From Octopus sinensis (Eukaryota), in NCBI RefSeq assembly GCF_006345805.1, contig NC_042997.1, positions 89,094,001 through 89,158,000 of the forward strand: a DNA stretch of 64,000 bases. Reading direction: 5' to 3'. Below the pieces are notes generated by a model. The model saw only the letters and a list, made by a program, of their open reading frames with translations. It was not told the origin of the DNA and did not search any database. The number at the start of each line of letters is the position of its first letter. The first letter of the stretch is position 1. Both the position numbers and the translations under genes were made by a program. Positions 23,891 to 38,394 of this stretch are shown here, piece after piece.

Positions 23891-24211
23891 GTCACATCTT
23901 TGTTTGTTTGTGTGTGTGTCTGTGTTGTTTTTGTGCTAATCATTGCACTAAAGCAACGTTGACAACTCTTCGGAGCATGTTCAATTGTGCGGATATACTT
24001 GGTTGAACTGCCTGAAGTTGTCCAAGTCGATGGCAACATGACCGGCAAGGCAGTAAACCAACTATCCTATTGCACCGCGGCCGTCGCAGTCTCGAAAAGG
24101 GGTGGGATGACAGCTATAGTGGGTAGGTGGTAGGAAGAGATACAGAAAACGGAGACGATATGTACATTGCTAACACACATTGTATGTGTCAAAGTATACA
24201 GTTATGCGAGT

Positions 24212-24332
24212 GGAGGTGCAATGGCCCAGTGGTTAGGGCAGTGGACTCGCGGTCGGAGGATCGCGGTTTCGATTCCCAGACCGGGCGTTGTGTGTGTTTA
24301 TTGAGCGAAAACACCTAAAAGTTTCACGAGGC
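24212..24332 (+). mobile_element. tRNA-derived SINE head (3'-truncated)
   Basis: A-box tggcccagtggtt and B-box ggtttcgattccc, continuing into SINE-type sequence rather than an acceptor stem. Confidence 0.7.
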
Positions 24333-24658
24333 GGCGGTGGTGGCGGTGGTCTTGGTGGTCGTCGTCGTAGTCATGGTGGTGATGATGGTACCACTAATAG
24401 TGGAGGTTATGGTGATGGTGGTAGTAGTAGTAGTAGTTGTCGTAGTCGTAGTAGTAGTAGTAGTAATGGCAGCAGCAGTGGTATGATAAAATCTTTATAT
24501 AAATAGGAGTCATTCAGTTTATTGCTTACATATGTCACAGGTGTGTATACAGTGGGGGGGGACACAGCAGAACTGTTATGTTTGCTGTAACTCATATAAC
24601 ATTATTTCTGGTTAGTTTATTATAGAAATGCTTCTCCCTAATGTTCTGTTGTTGTTCC

Positions 24659-24714
<56 letters not shown>

Positions 24715-24947
24715 TATTATTATTATTACTGTTGCTGTTACTGTTATTGTTACTGCTGCTGGTGTTGCTGTTTTATAACAATATATGTCCCTCATGTGTG
24801 TTAAATACAAACCCTTGTTATGTTTCCATTGTCGGTACTTACTTGGATGTGTTATTCTTATCGTATGGGAATGCTTTTTCAAAAAGACTGTCCTAGAATC
24901 TTTAGGTAACAAGGCTCTTGTCTATGCAACTGTTGTAATCTTTTTTT

Positions 24948-25012
<65 letters not shown>

Positions 25013-26189
25013 TATTATTATTATTATATTATTATTATTATTATTATATTATTATTATTATTATTATTATCATTATTATTATTATCGTAGTGTCTGTTCA
25101 GTTTGTAGTTTGTTTTTAAATATCTTTCATCGCACACATGTTATACTCCTTCCATTACAAGATCCGTCATTTTTATATACAACTTCCTTGTCTTTTCAAT
25201 AATGAATCTAAATATAAACACAAATTTCATTTTGTTTTGCTTTTTGTTGTTGCGCTTTATGCTGTCTTGATGTTTTATTAAGCGAACTACGAAGAGCAAG
25301 TAAGTCCCCACCACAACCACCAGCATGTGGATCCATTCGTACTGCAATTTCGATTTCCGGTTGAAACCGATTTTTTTTTAAAGAAAGGCATGAAGAACAC
25401 TTTCACTTTGCCTTCATTATAAAACATTTGTCCCTATATTTAACGCGAGGCCCTTGACGCAAACACTCGATCTGCTAAACTTCCTTCGAATTTTCAATAA
25501 ACCAGAATACATTGGACATTTTAATCCAAGATGCACAAAATAGCACAGCTGGAACGTCTTTGAACAAAGTTCTACTAGATCAGAGCGTCACGAGGACTAC
25601 ACAACAACAAAGTTTGGTAAAAAAAAATGAATGGTCTCAGCTGGAATACTTTAGATCTTAAATTCTGCTCGCCCTTGGCTTGCCTGTGGTTAAACAACTA
25701 TAGCAACATTTGTACTTAATGAAAATAAACTGATGTAGATATTTGACTTCCCATTTTTGTCCCTTATGATAAAACCAAAAGTGTTTACTTTTCCTTTATC
25801 CGTTCGCTCAGCATGCAAGCCGTGACGAATATGTGGCAAAAATAAACTTTTTTTATTTTTTAAATGCTATGTTCAAGAATATTCGTTCATTTTTAAGATA
25901 GTAAAAAGGATCCTTTGCCAAGTATTTGATTACCATTTCTAACAAGGTACCTTTATTAAATCACTATGTTTCTATTTAGTGAATGCAAAGGTCGCAGGAA
26001 GCCTTTATTGTTAACAATACGCGAGTTTAGTGTGGAGGAAAACTATGCGCCGAGAAAAAGAGCAAAAGCTCTGTCGATCACGATATACGAAACGAGAAAG
26101 CGTGGCCCGTCGATCCTTTTTTTTTAAGTCATTAAACCAGAAAAATCTACCCTTCTGCCACATTTCCACAAACTTCCACAAACTCCTTT

Positions 26190-26930
26190 GTAGCTACAAA
26201 AAAGAAGTCGACACAACGATTGTCATCTTGTTTGAGATTAATAGCAATCACAGTGACAGCAACATCTACCGTGGAATATCCCTTCTCAATATTGTTAAGT
26301 TGTTTGCTCAGGCTACTCTTTATTAGATCATAGGTGATAGCTGATTACAATTATCCAGAAACGTACTAAGCTTTCGATAAGACTGGTTGACTATTGATAT
26401 ATTTTCTATGCGACAACTCTAAGAAAAGTGTAGGGAGGAGCGTCAAGTACAGTACTTTTCTTTTATTTCTTTAATATAAACCTTCAATTTTATTAGACAC
26501 AGTGAACTCTTCAAACTACTACAGAATATAAGCTGTCCATTAAAGCTGATTAGCAGAATCAGGTCGTTACCAAGTGATGTGAAAGCCCTCAGCAGCACAT
26601 TCCAATCTTTTCTAATACTCAGTAGAATAAACCAGTGCCTTGTGATCGCTCCTGCCTCGTTGGCATCTTCTCACTTCCTATCTACGCCTACAAGTTACTC
26701 TCCTATGGAATATGTATTCACTCACGATATAACCGTAAATTGTATAATTTTGCTTACCTGGGTGCCAAGATTTAAAGAAGTATCCTTCTCGAGAATTTGC
26801 TAATTACAGATTAACATTAATCATTTGCATTACAAACTTCAGTGCATTGTGGATTAATACTCCGACGAATGCAGAGAATTTGAACTAGCCATCGACACAA
26901 AGAAAACTGGAGTTATGATCCAGGATATTT
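26190..26930 (+). mobile_element. Degenerate RTE-clade reverse transcriptase fragment
   Basis: DTTIVILFEINSNHSDSNIYRGISLLNI resembles the DATIVTLFK...DCNNYRGISLLS motif. Confidence 0.7.
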
Positions 26931-26934
26931 CGCT

Positions 26935-27365
26935 CTCTCATTACATTGATTCAATGTTTTCCATGCTGGACGGTTTGACAGGAGCTGGTCAGCTGAAGAG
27001 CTGTTCGAGTTCCATGTCTGTTTTGACATGGTTTCAACTGCTGAATACCCTCCCTAACGCCAACCACTTTACAGAGTGTGTTGGGTGCCTTTACGTAACA
27101 CTGGTACGGGTGCTTTTACGTAGCACTGCAAGGGTGCTTTTTACGTGGCACTGGCACCCACAAGCCCGCAAGATTGGGAACGCTCAGCTGAGGATGGATG
27201 CAGGGGATATGCCTATATGTAAGGACGACCACGTATTTACTTAACTTTATGTGTCTTCTCAAGCAAACCGCCAGGAGTCTCGGTCCGCTGTCATTCCCTC
27301 TGTGAGATCTAACATTTGAAGATCCTTTCTCACCACTTCGTCCCACTCTTCCTGGATCTATATAC
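26935..27365 (-). mobile_element. RTE-like LINE 3' end (ORF2 C-terminus plus 3' UTR)
   Basis: Minus translation PGRVGRSGEK/RPRK.WDEVVRKDL-like segment at ~27240-27365, followed by a 3' UTR containing ccctccctaacgccaacc. Confidence 0.6.
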
Positions 27366-28495
27366 ATACATGTGCGTGCGTGCGTGTGTGTGTGTGTGAG
27401 TGTGTGCGTGCGTATGTGGCGTCCATTATGCAGTTGCTTTACTTACTAGAAATGGTGGGAAAATGCTCTCAATAAAAGGCCATTCTCATTTTTCATTCTG
27501 AGGTTTTCAATCTCCACAAGCATCTCACCTATTTCACAGATTTGTCGAGAACATACCACTAGTAAGACAAGCTATTGTCTGAAATAGTGAAGTATCCCAT
27601 CTTGATTCAATGTTTTCAGGTATTAAACCAAAGAATTCGATCAAATTTTCAAAACTGAATTTGGTTAAATGACTTTACCGTTCTCCGAAAGTTAGAAGTT
27701 ATTATTAGTAATTTTTAATATTATAGGTTGTATAATATAAGCTCGCGTACACATGCAAATGGACGCACTACTTTCTAGAAGCTATCTTGAAAGCTTTTCA
27801 AAACTGAATCCATTTTTAGCGTCTACGTTTCCCGGTCATTTATGTGACATTTCGTTGATATGAAGAAGAGACTAGTAAATACGACCCAGTTTTACTCAAC
27901 ACCTACAAAACAAAAAAAGATGGTCGTTTATAACATTGATGAAGCCACTTAACACCATTATGCATACTTCCGGTGTTTTCTGTAAATTTGTGTGAGAGAG
28001 AGAGGGGGGAGGGGATAATAAAGAAAGAAAGAAAGAAAGAAAGAAAGACAGAAAGAAAGAGAGAGAGCATCAGTGTCTGTTTCTGTGCATGTCTGTGTGT
28101 ATGTTTGCGGGGATGCATGTGTATGTAGGATGTGTATTTGTCTAGGTTTAAGTCGGTATATGTGAATGTCTAAGTGTATATAGATATCTACATGTGTTTC
28201 CAAATTGATGTTTGTGTAATTATAGTTGTGTATGTGTAAGAGAATTTCGTGCGAGTTAATTTTGTATTTATGTGACAGCATCTGCGTATATGTGTGTACC
28301 GCCTTGTGTTAGCCGATGCTCACCTGTGTGTGTGTGTGTCTGTGTATTTGTGTATGTGTGTGTTTATGCGTGTGAGGATGAATTTATGCCTTTGTCGATC
28401 TGTGGATATTTACATGTTTATGAATGTCTGAGTATTGCAACATAAGTATGTGTCTGATTTTTTGTCTGTGTATCTGTCGTATTTGTCTCTTATTT

Positions 28496-28619
<124 letters not shown>

Positions 28620-29034
28620 TTCGCTTTCTGCCTGTGCGTATGTCCTTGTCTCTGATAATGCGTAATACTTAGCACATCCGTCTCCTGTCGGTCTGCATGC
28701 CCGCCTGTCCACTTTCAAGTCTGTGTGTCTTTCAGTCTGTGTGTCTTTCAGTCTGTGTGTCTTTCAGTCTGTGCGTTTTCCTTGTTGCTAGGTTACATAC
28801 TCACATCGTTTCCTTTGGCGCCAAATTGCTGTATTTATTTCCAAGCCAAAGCCATATGATAAATGCATCGTCTGCTCAGAGAAATGGATAATTACATGAC
28901 GTGTTGGCAGTATGCGGTGGAGAAGGATAGATACAAGCCATGGCTATACTTTAAAATATTGTAGATTAGGAAGACAACTTTATTTATTTATGTAATTATA
29001 TAGTGTTCATTTCTGAAATAAAAGTAGTCTCATA

Positions 29035-29420
29035 GAGGCACAGGCATGGCTGTGCAGTAGAGAAGCTCGCTTAGCAACTGCGTGGTTTTAAGTTCAATTC
29101 TACTGTGCGGCACTTTGAGTAAGTGTCTTCTGCTATATAGCGCCCAGACCGACCAATGCTTTGTCAGTGAATTTAGTAGACAGAAACTGTGTGGAAGCCC
29201 GTCGTGCGTGTATATTTGAGTTTGGCCGTCCCCCAAACCGCTTGACAACCGGTGCAGGTTTGCTTACGTCTCCGTAGCATAGCAGTTCGGCAAAAGTGAT
29301 CGATAAAATAAGTACCAGACTTAAAAATTACTGGGACTGATTTGTTCGATTAACTCGCTTCAAAGTGGTGCTCCAGCATGGCCGTTCTCCAATGAATTAA
29401 ACAAAGGAAAGATATGTAAA
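29035..29420 (+). mobile_element. SINE family A copy (others at ~31690-32030 +, 32370-32765 -, 34380-34570 +, 53100-53260 -)
   Basis: ggcacaggcatggctgtg...gtgtcttctgctata...gaccaatgctttgtcagtgaatttagtagac...ccagcatggcc. Confidence 0.8.
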
Positions 29421-29730
29421 TATGAAGTTAATAAATATCGATGACGGATTCTCGTCAGCAAATACAGGGACTACACACAAAGAAATACACATACATATTG
29501 GTTTCAAATTTTGGCACAATGTCAGCAATTGCTGGGAAGGTGTAAATCAATTACATCAACCCCAGTGCTTAGCTGGTACTTATTTTATCGACCCCGAAAG
29601 GATGAAAGGCAAGGTCGAACTCGGTGGAATATGAACTCAGAACGTAAAGACTGACGAAATGCCACAGAGCTTTTATCCAGCGTGTTTAACAATTCTGCCT
29701 GCCCACTTTCTTAAAAAGATACGTATACAT

Positions 29731-30317
29731 ATTCTTTTCTACTCTAGGCACAAGGCCCGAAATTTTGGGGAGGGGATTAATTTGATTAGACTAACCCCAG
29801 TATACGCAACTGGTACTTAATTTATCGAGCCCCAAAGGATGAAAGGCAAAGTCAACCTCGGCGAAATTTGAACTCAGAACGTAACGGCAGACGAAATACC
29901 TATTTCTTTACTACCCACAAGGGGCTAAACACAGAGGAGACAAACAACGACAGACAGACGGATTAAGTCGATTACATCGACCCCAGTGCGTAACTGGTAC
30001 TTAATCTATCGACCCCGAAAAGATGAAAGGCAAAGTCGACTTCGGCAGAATTTGAACTCAGAACGTAACGACAGACGAAATACCTATTTCTTTACTACCC
30101 ACAAGGGGCTAAACACAGAGAGGACAAACAATGACAGACAAACGGATTAAGTCGATTATATCGACCCCAGTGCGTAACTGGTACTTAATTTATCGACCTC
30201 GAAAGGATGAAAGGCAAAGTCGACCTCGGCAGAATTTGAACTCAGTACGTAACGGCAGACGAAATACGGCTACACATTTCGCCCGGCGTGCTAACGTTTC
30301 TGCCAGCTCGCCGCCTT
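29731..30317 (-). mobile_element. SINE family B trimeric array (~184-bp period)
   Basis: One head (30270-30317) and three bodies. The two inner tails are Tx1-like; the outer tail is the common ccccaaaatttcgggccttgtgcc type. Confidence 0.9.
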
Positions 30318-30779
30318 AGAATAAGCATTCCTCCCAAGCGGAGAAATACGCATACATATTACAAACGTAAAATAGCCGACTCACAAAGGGACACAAGCTG
30401 TCATACATACATACATACATCCACAGAATCATGTATTGAATAAAGAAAGACTTAGATAACTCAGAATATATCTCTTGTTCATTAGTAAAAAGATATGAAA
30501 CGGGAGGTATACATTGTTCTATCTCAGTAGATGAATCCTCCTGAATTATTTGTGACGTTTTACAGTCCGGAGTAGAAAAAATATAAGACTGGAAAACGCA
30601 ACAATCATTTGTATTGTGTTGTTAACTCGCGTAACCGAGCTTTGTACAAATAAGGTAACACGGTTGAAGTTGCTCTCATCATACAAAAGTGTTTGATCTA
30701 CTTGGCCAAAGATATATGTACTTACATAAGTTATTAGAGAACGAAGTTATTCGTTCTCTAAGGTGCTTGGCCCATCGAC

Positions 30780-31170
30780 GACTTTTCTCGACTGTTCTCG
30801 ATTCTGGACTGACTGCTTCCCCCCACCCCCAGTATCCCACCTCTAGCCAATTCTAGGGTGTTCTCTCGTCCGCATCCCATGTGGATTCCAGATTAGGGCA
30901 TGTTTGCCCAGCGGAGAATGCCAGCATCTCCCGAAACCTGTTGATTGTGGATTGTCATCGATGCTTCTGCATATTTTTAGGTAGAGGTATGACCCCTTTG
31001 TAAACCCATTTTTACCTCTGGAAAGACGTAGCCCATATTAGCCTGGCTTCTATCCTTTGACCTGTCCTGCATGAGAGGCCCTACAAGGAGCTTACACTCA
31101 GCTAGCATAGCTCTCAATCACTGAGGCACACAAGCCATCACACACTAACAAGGACTAGATATCTGCACTT
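30780..31170 (-). mobile_element. Degenerate RTE 3' end plus RTE-related repeat
   Basis: Minus translation KHALIWNPHGMRTREHPR resembles the RTE C-terminal motif. Confidence 0.55.
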
Positions 31171-31639
31171 CAGTAAAAACAGTATTATTCTAAAACCATT
31201 ATTCGGTGGTATCACCAAGAATTTCAAATATATTTATTATAAAAGCACCAAATTCAGCTACGAGTCACATATATGTACTAAGCACAACGATCATTGCATA
31301 TGAAACTGGAGAGGCTAAAACCCTATTTATGAAGATCTGAAATGTTTTATTCATTTGCTATTTATTCTTTTACAGGTCCCAGTCATTTGACTGCAGTAAT
31401 TCTGAGGAAATGCTTTCAAAATTGATTTTTATTTTCAGTCATTTATATTAAGCTGCTGTTCATTTTTTTTTTTTGAATGACTGAGATTACCAAGTTACGT
31501 CTCTCTTAAAGGGTTACATCCCTTTTAGTGATTTAATACCTTAAGCTTTTTACACAGGTATATAGAATTGTCCACAAACACACATACATTCATGCCCACG
31601 CGCATACAGACATGTACACACGTACATACATACATACAC

Positions 31640-31671
<32 letters not shown>

Positions 31672-32326
31672 ACACACACACACACACATTATTCGTGTCT
31701 GTGAGAAGTTGGCATCATAACAATATGGCTCAGGGTTCAGTGTCTCCTACTATAGCTCCAAGTGGTCCAAAGCCTTGTGAGTGAATTTGATAGACGGAAA
31801 CTGTAAGGAACCTGCCGTATATATGTGAGTGAGGAGTGTATTTGTGTTTGTCCTTCACCACCACTTGACGACTAGTTTTGGTTTGTTTACGTCTCAGTAA
31901 CTTAGCGAGTCGGCAAAAAGTTAGCCAATAGAATAGTACCAAACTTTAAAAAGAAGTTCTGGTGTTGATTTACTTGACTAAACCCTTCAAGGCGGTACCC
32001 CAGCATGGCCTCAGTCTAATGATTGAGTTAATGGTAGAAAACACTTATCCTATATGCCGTGCAGCGAAGTTCTCAATCTATGCCAACAAAATGTTAAATA
32101 TAACGGCACTGTATTGACTACAAGGTTTGAAATATACTTTAACGCAGATGAGATGAACCAGAGTCTAGTGTATGGTTTTATGATTATAAAAAGTAGATAT
32201 GACTTAAAATGCAGAAACATAAAATAGACAACTTATATGTAGTCGATGCACAAATGCATAACAAGTGATATAAGTAAAGTTTAATTCATGAATAATATTT
32301 AACTTTCTTCGTCAATAGCCATTCGA

Positions 32327-32370
<44 letters not shown>

Positions 32371-32942
32371 TCTTTTATCTTTTACTTTCAGTCATTAGAC
32401 TGCGGCCATGCTGAGGCACTGCCTTGAATCTTAGTCCAACGAATCGACCCCAGTGCTTTTTTTTAAGCCTGGTACTAATTCTGACGATCACTTTTTGCCG
32501 AACCGCTTATTACGGGGTCGTAAACATACCAAGACCGGTTGTCAAGTAGGGGAAGAGAAACAGGCACAAATAGACACATATACGCACATACATATATATA
32601 TACGATAGACTTCTTTCAGTTTCAGTCTGCCTAATCCACTCAGAAGGTTTTGGTCAGCCCGAGGCAATAATACTAGACATTTGCCCAAGGTGCCACGCTA
32701 TAGAACTGAACTTGGAGCTATATGGTTATGAAACAAACTTCTTACCACACAGCCACACCTACGTCTATATATTTAGATTTATATATTTTGCTTCGTAGGA
32801 AAGCACAAAAATTATAATACAGATGATGGTTAAACCGAAAGGCTGTTAACCACCTATATTGAAGACCAATATGTGATAGATGATATCATAAAGTATAAAC
32901 ATTAAGAGCAAGATAAAAATAGGCATAATATTCTCAATCAAT

Positions 32943-33156
32943 AAGGCGGCGAGCTGGCAGAATTGTAAATACGCTAGGCAAAATGCTTAGCAGTATTTTG
33001 TCCGTCTTTACGTTCTGAGTGCAAATTCTGCCGAGGTCACCTTTACCTTTCATCTTTTCGGGGTCGATAAAAATAAGTACCAGTTGATTACTGGGGTCGA
33101 TATAATCGACTTGCCACTACCTCGAAGTTGCTGGCCTTGAGCCAACATTTGAAACC
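32943..33156 (+). mobile_element. SINE family B copy with decayed ~16-bp TSD (others at ~35048-35220 -, 35631-35850 +, 48455-48660 +, 55150-55430 -)
   Basis: aaggcggcgagctggcagaa...; TSD aatattctcaatcaat / aatattcccaattaat. Confidence 0.85.
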
Positions 33157-33657
33157 AATATTCCCAATTAATGTTGATGATTTCTAACAACTGAATGTGG
33201 TTATCACTTGTAAAACTAATACATCATTCTGTTTGTTGTAACTGTGAAATAGTTAAATGATATCGTGGTTGTAACATGAGTACACCAGTTAAAACCGCAA
33301 TAATACAATATTCGTACAAAGATGCATATCCTAATTTCGACCAAAATAAATATTTTTTTATAAATCAATATTAAGCATTGTCAGCAGGGACTTCATTTAG
33401 TTTTAATTATAAATACACATTTTCGGTTATCTTGACTCAGAATGCACAATAACATTTTAAAATAATATATATATTACGTTTAAAAAGAAACGACGGGATA
33501 ATCATGGCTGGATCGTCACGGATAATAGGTCTTTTCGATCAGGCCTACTTGATATTAAACAACATTCTCACTTAAAATCTTCAACTTTATACCTTTGTCT
33601 CACCATGATTGTTGTTGGCCTATCAGAGAACCAATGGATCTTAAATATCATCTCCTT

Positions 33658-33719
<62 letters not shown>

Positions 33720-34950
33720 TTCTCTCTCTCTCTCTCTCTCTTTTTCTCTTAAACAAATTTCCTCTCGTTTCGATTCTGCCACTACTCTCTTTAAAATTGC
33801 TTTAGTTCCATCCAGATTGGGCAATTAACCATCCATAATGAGGACCAACTTGTGGTGAACATTATGAGAAGGTTTAAACAAGATCAAAGTAGAAATAATA
33901 TTTCCAATCAGTGATGATGGTTCTAACAACTGGACGTAGTTATCGCTTGTAAGACTAATAAATCATTCCGTTCATTAATACTGTGAAACAATTGTCCGCT
34001 GTTTTTTTCGTGTCGCATGTTGAAGTTCCAGTTAAACACTATCGTATTTCGAAAATTTTTGGTTGAAACAAATAACAGCTAAATAGTATAGTATTTTCTA
34101 TGAAATATGAAACATTCACAAATGCTAAAAGAGCGAATCACAGAGATGAAACATTTATTGTATATATCTTTCTAGTGTTCATGGTTGCTCACGAAAATAA
34201 TAAATTATAACAGTTACAATTTAATGCATTTTCAGAGACGTTAATTTTGAAGAAAACGTTTACGAAAAAAAAAGTCAGTGTTGTTGTTGTTGGTGGTGGT
34301 GGTCTCTGAGTCACTTGTCTGGAAGGCCTGTGACCAACGGCATTTTAACCATCCTCATACTGCTTTATTTTTCGTGGCAAGAAACTTACTTCTCAGCTAC
34401 ATGGTTCCAGGTTCAAATCCCACTGCATGACACCTCTGGCTATGGTCTTCTACTATAACACAGGACCGAACAAAGCTTTGTGAGTGGATATCGTAGGCAG
34501 AAACCGAAAGAAGTTCGTCGAGTATATTTATGTGTGCCTGTCTGTCTGTCTTTGTGCGTTTGACCCTCGAGCCTTGAAATTGTTTTCATGTACATTCCTT
34601 CTAAATAAAGAAAATAACAACCAGAGTCGCAGTAAACTAGTGATTGTGTGTGACTGAGATAAAAGCAGTTAATAAAGCCCCAAACAGATACGTTCGTGTT
34701 ATGGAAGAGAAAGTGCGCTCCGACTTTACGCTCAAGGCCCACTTTGTGGTTTCTAGTTTCAGCTACATATTCTTGGCTGATGAGGTTTTAATGTGTAATC
34801 CAGTAGGGTACCTCTGAATAAAGATAAAGTAAGTCATCCCAGTGGGATTTTAACTTATAATATAAAAGGGGATGTATTCCAATACTGGAAGGTATTTTGC
34901 CCAGCACTGCACTACTTCTGCTATACTGGCGCCTATGTAGTAGTAGTAGT

Positions 34951-35003
<53 letters not shown>

Positions 35004-35014
35004 TAGTAGTAGTA

Positions 35015-35048
<34 letters not shown>

Positions 35049-35237
35049 CCTTTCTACTAAAGGCACAAGGCCTGAAATTTTGGGGTGGGGAGACTAGTCG
35101 ATTACTTCGACCCCAGTTTTTCATCGACCCCAAAAGGATGTAAGGCAAAGTCGACGTAAAGTCGGACGAAATGCCGCTAAGCATTTTACCCGGCGTGCTC
35201 ACGATTCTGTCAGCTCGCCTTATTATTATTATTATTA

Positions 35238-35340
<103 letters not shown>

Positions 35341-37203
35341 CAACACAGTGGTTTCAACTTTTGGCACAAGGCCAACAGTTTCCTCTCCCACATCTTGTGG
35401 TTTTGAATTACCATCGATGCTTCAGTAACTTTGTTTTTTTTTTCTTTTTCTGGGTAGGGGTGTTGGCCCAACGCAAATCTATGTTTTACCTCTGAGAAGA
35501 GGTGGGCCATATTAGTCTAGCTTCTATCCTTTGATCTTGCGGTCACATTGAAGCATATAAGCCGCCACACTGCAGCAAGGTCCCGTAGGATCTTGTGCAT
35601 AGTTTTGCTGCCATATTTTAGCCGGAATTGAGGCGGTGAGCTGGCAGAAACGTTAGCACGCCGGGCAAAATGCTTAGCAGTATTTCGTCCGTCTTCACGT
35701 TTTGATTTCAAATTCCGCCGAGGTCGACTTTGCCTTTCATCCTTTCGGGGTCGATAAAATAAGTATCAGTTACGCACTAAGATCAATGTAATCGACTAGC
35801 CCCCTCCCCCAAAATTTCAGGCCTTTTGTCTATAATAGAAAAGATTATTTAGCCGGAATTGCCTAACACACATCTATCTTAAGCTTCTTTCTTTGGCTTT
35901 CCTTCAGAAGTAGAACCCATCAATATCACTGTTTGTGTGGAAGTTTCAATTTACTGTCAGCATCTTTCAGGCCTTTACATCTGTGAAGTGGATTTCCTTT
36001 GTAGACTAGTCGAATATGATAAATGTTGATATTTATACTGGTATCGGAAAGTGATGTAAGAGGAAATCTCCAACTGCCAAAATCGTTTAAATCAGGGGTA
36101 ATATTCTTTGGTCATCAAACAGCTGGTGATTTAGTGTTTTGAAGAGAAGTTAATCACTGTTTAGTAAGTCAAATTTTCGATGTTAATACATTTATGTACG
36201 TCTGTATGAATGAATGCGTATATGTATATGTATATGTATGTGTGTATGTATGTATGTTTGTATGTATGTATGTATGCATGTATGTATGTATGTATTATGT
36301 ATGTATGTATGTATGTATGTATGTAGTATGTATGTATGTATGTATGTATGAATGTATGTATGAATATATGTATGAATGTATACATGTGGATAGGTAGATA
36401 GGCAGACAGACAAACAGACAACCAGACAGACAGATAGACAGACAGACAGGTAGGTAGGTAGGTAGGTAGGTAGGTTGGCAGAGAGGTACATTGGTAGGTA
36501 GGTAAGTGGGGATGGGAAAGTAGATAGTCAGTCAGACAATAGATAGAAAGATAGATATATATAGACAGAGACAGACAGACAGACAGAAATTGAAACAGCG
36601 TTCAACAGATAGGTAAAGAAAGAGAAGGAAAGTAGACGAATGGTGTGTTTTATTGATTGCATTAATAGTGTACAGTAGTGCATAAGTGTATATACACATC
36701 TGCATGCTTCAAAATGTGCCTGTATAGAATGTGATAAAATGCAAACAAGTCTTTGTCTATTCACAAAAATGTATCGATCAGTCTTGTCACACCCAGACAC
36801 ACACACATACTCACACACATACTCACACACTGTCTGTCTATCTCTATCTATGTCAGTCTGTCTGACTGTCTTTTCTTCCTCTCCTCATATACATGTGTGT
36901 ATGTGTGTGTATGTGTGTGTATGTGTGTGTATATGTGGGGGGGGGTGTTAGTGTTCCTGCGCAAACGAAAGCAACTATGTATGTGTACGCACGTATATAC
37001 ACATAAACATATACACACACATATTGGATGATTTCGTTCACACACATACACACGCGAACATAGTGGCTGTTAGCATGTTTTTGCCAATGAGAACCGGTTG
37101 TTAACTTTTTTTTCAGGACGCTGAATAGAGAACTACTTGGAAAAGCTATGATATAAATCATGCCACAGTCAAATGATTCTTCTCACCCGCTCTGTGGAAA
37201 TTT

Positions 37204-38113
37204 AGAAGGTGGTATCAAAAAATTCCCGGGCGAGTTCTGTAGCGCGCCAAAAGATAACAACACGTTGTTGCATGCGCAATGAGAGCTAGTAGTGACCTTC
37301 GTGAGGCAGTGTGCCGAGCGACATCTCTGTGTTTACTTTGCAAGTTTTGAAATTTGTGCTTTTGTGATCACGTGTATGCCGTAGTCTGCTATTTTGTAAT
37401 GGACAGGAACAAAGAGCCAATGTGAAATTTTGCGTTAATCTTAAGAATTCTGCTACAGAGACATTGAGCATGCTTTGGCAAGCTTACGGCGATGAGGCAA
37501 TGGGTCGTACGCAATGTTTCGGGTAGCACGAGTGCTTCAAAAGCGAAAGAACGTCCCTTAAAGACGATGAGCGATCTGGAAGATCTTCCACGAGCGTCAT
37601 CCCTGGAAATGTGGTATTGTGCACCGATAATTCGTTCTCCAGGGCCAGACCATCAATCGAGAGTTCTACTGCGATGATTTGAAGCGTTTGAGGGAGGGCA
37701 TTCGGCGAATGCAACCGGATTTGTGGAGCGCGAAAAATTGGATTCTTCACGGCGACAATGCACCCTATCATCGAGCTCTCTTCACTCGTGAGTTTCTCGC
37801 CAAAAACAACATGGTACCACTTCTGCACCCACCCAATTCGCCAGATTTAGCGCCTGCGAACTTCCATCTCTTCCCAAAAATGAAAATGCAGCTCAAAGGT
37901 GGCCGTTAAAACACCGTTATTGAGATCGAGAGCGAAGCACAGAAGGTTCTCGACTCGCTTACAGAAAACGACTTCCAGGCCAGATTTCAAAAGTGGCAGG
38001 AGCTCTGGGGCCGGTGTATTGCTGCGCAAGGTGACTATTTCGAAGGAGATAATGTTAAAACTTAGGTAAATAAGTTGTTTTTTTATTTGTCATAACTAGT
38101 CCGGGAACCTTTT
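37204..38113 (+). mobile_element. Internally deleted mariner element
   Basis: TIR-like ends aaaaattcccgggcgagtt and aactagtccgggaacctttt. WILHGDNAPYH, HPPNSPDLAPANFHLF, ...GDYFEGD. Confidence 0.9.
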
Positions 38114-38367
38114 GCTTTGGTATTTTAGCGCTTTGGTATTTTGAAGTGAAAGTTAATTATACTTTATTTGCTGTATTAAAGTTTATATTAATACCAAGTT
38201 CGGCAGATTACTTAAAAGTATTTTTGTCTTTATGACAGCAGGCAAATTTGCATGAGGTTTTGTGTTTGTCTGTATATATGTATGTGTGTGTATGTGTTTA
38301 TGCAGCCACACGTGCTTTTCTCAAACTATTCTTTTTCTTCTCTCCGGACCTTTCCTCTTTCTTCTTT

Positions 38368-38394
38368 CTGACAAAGAGCTGTGCTCGAAACGTC
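38368..38394 (+). ncRNA. Decayed minimal hammerhead motif (probably inactive)
   Basis: CUGACAA-A-GAGC-UGU-GCUC-GAAA-CG-UC; G8 is lost without compensation and stem I does not pair. Confidence 0.5.

Noticed and set aside
24212-24285. Possible tRNA gene
   Set aside because: A and B boxes are present but the 3' acceptor strand is missing and the sequence continues as SINE body.
27760-27920. Strong minus-strand acceptor (ttttttgttttgtag|GTGTTG)
   Set aside because: All three frames close within ~21 codons and there is no convincing donor; could only be a UTR exon, which is unsupported.
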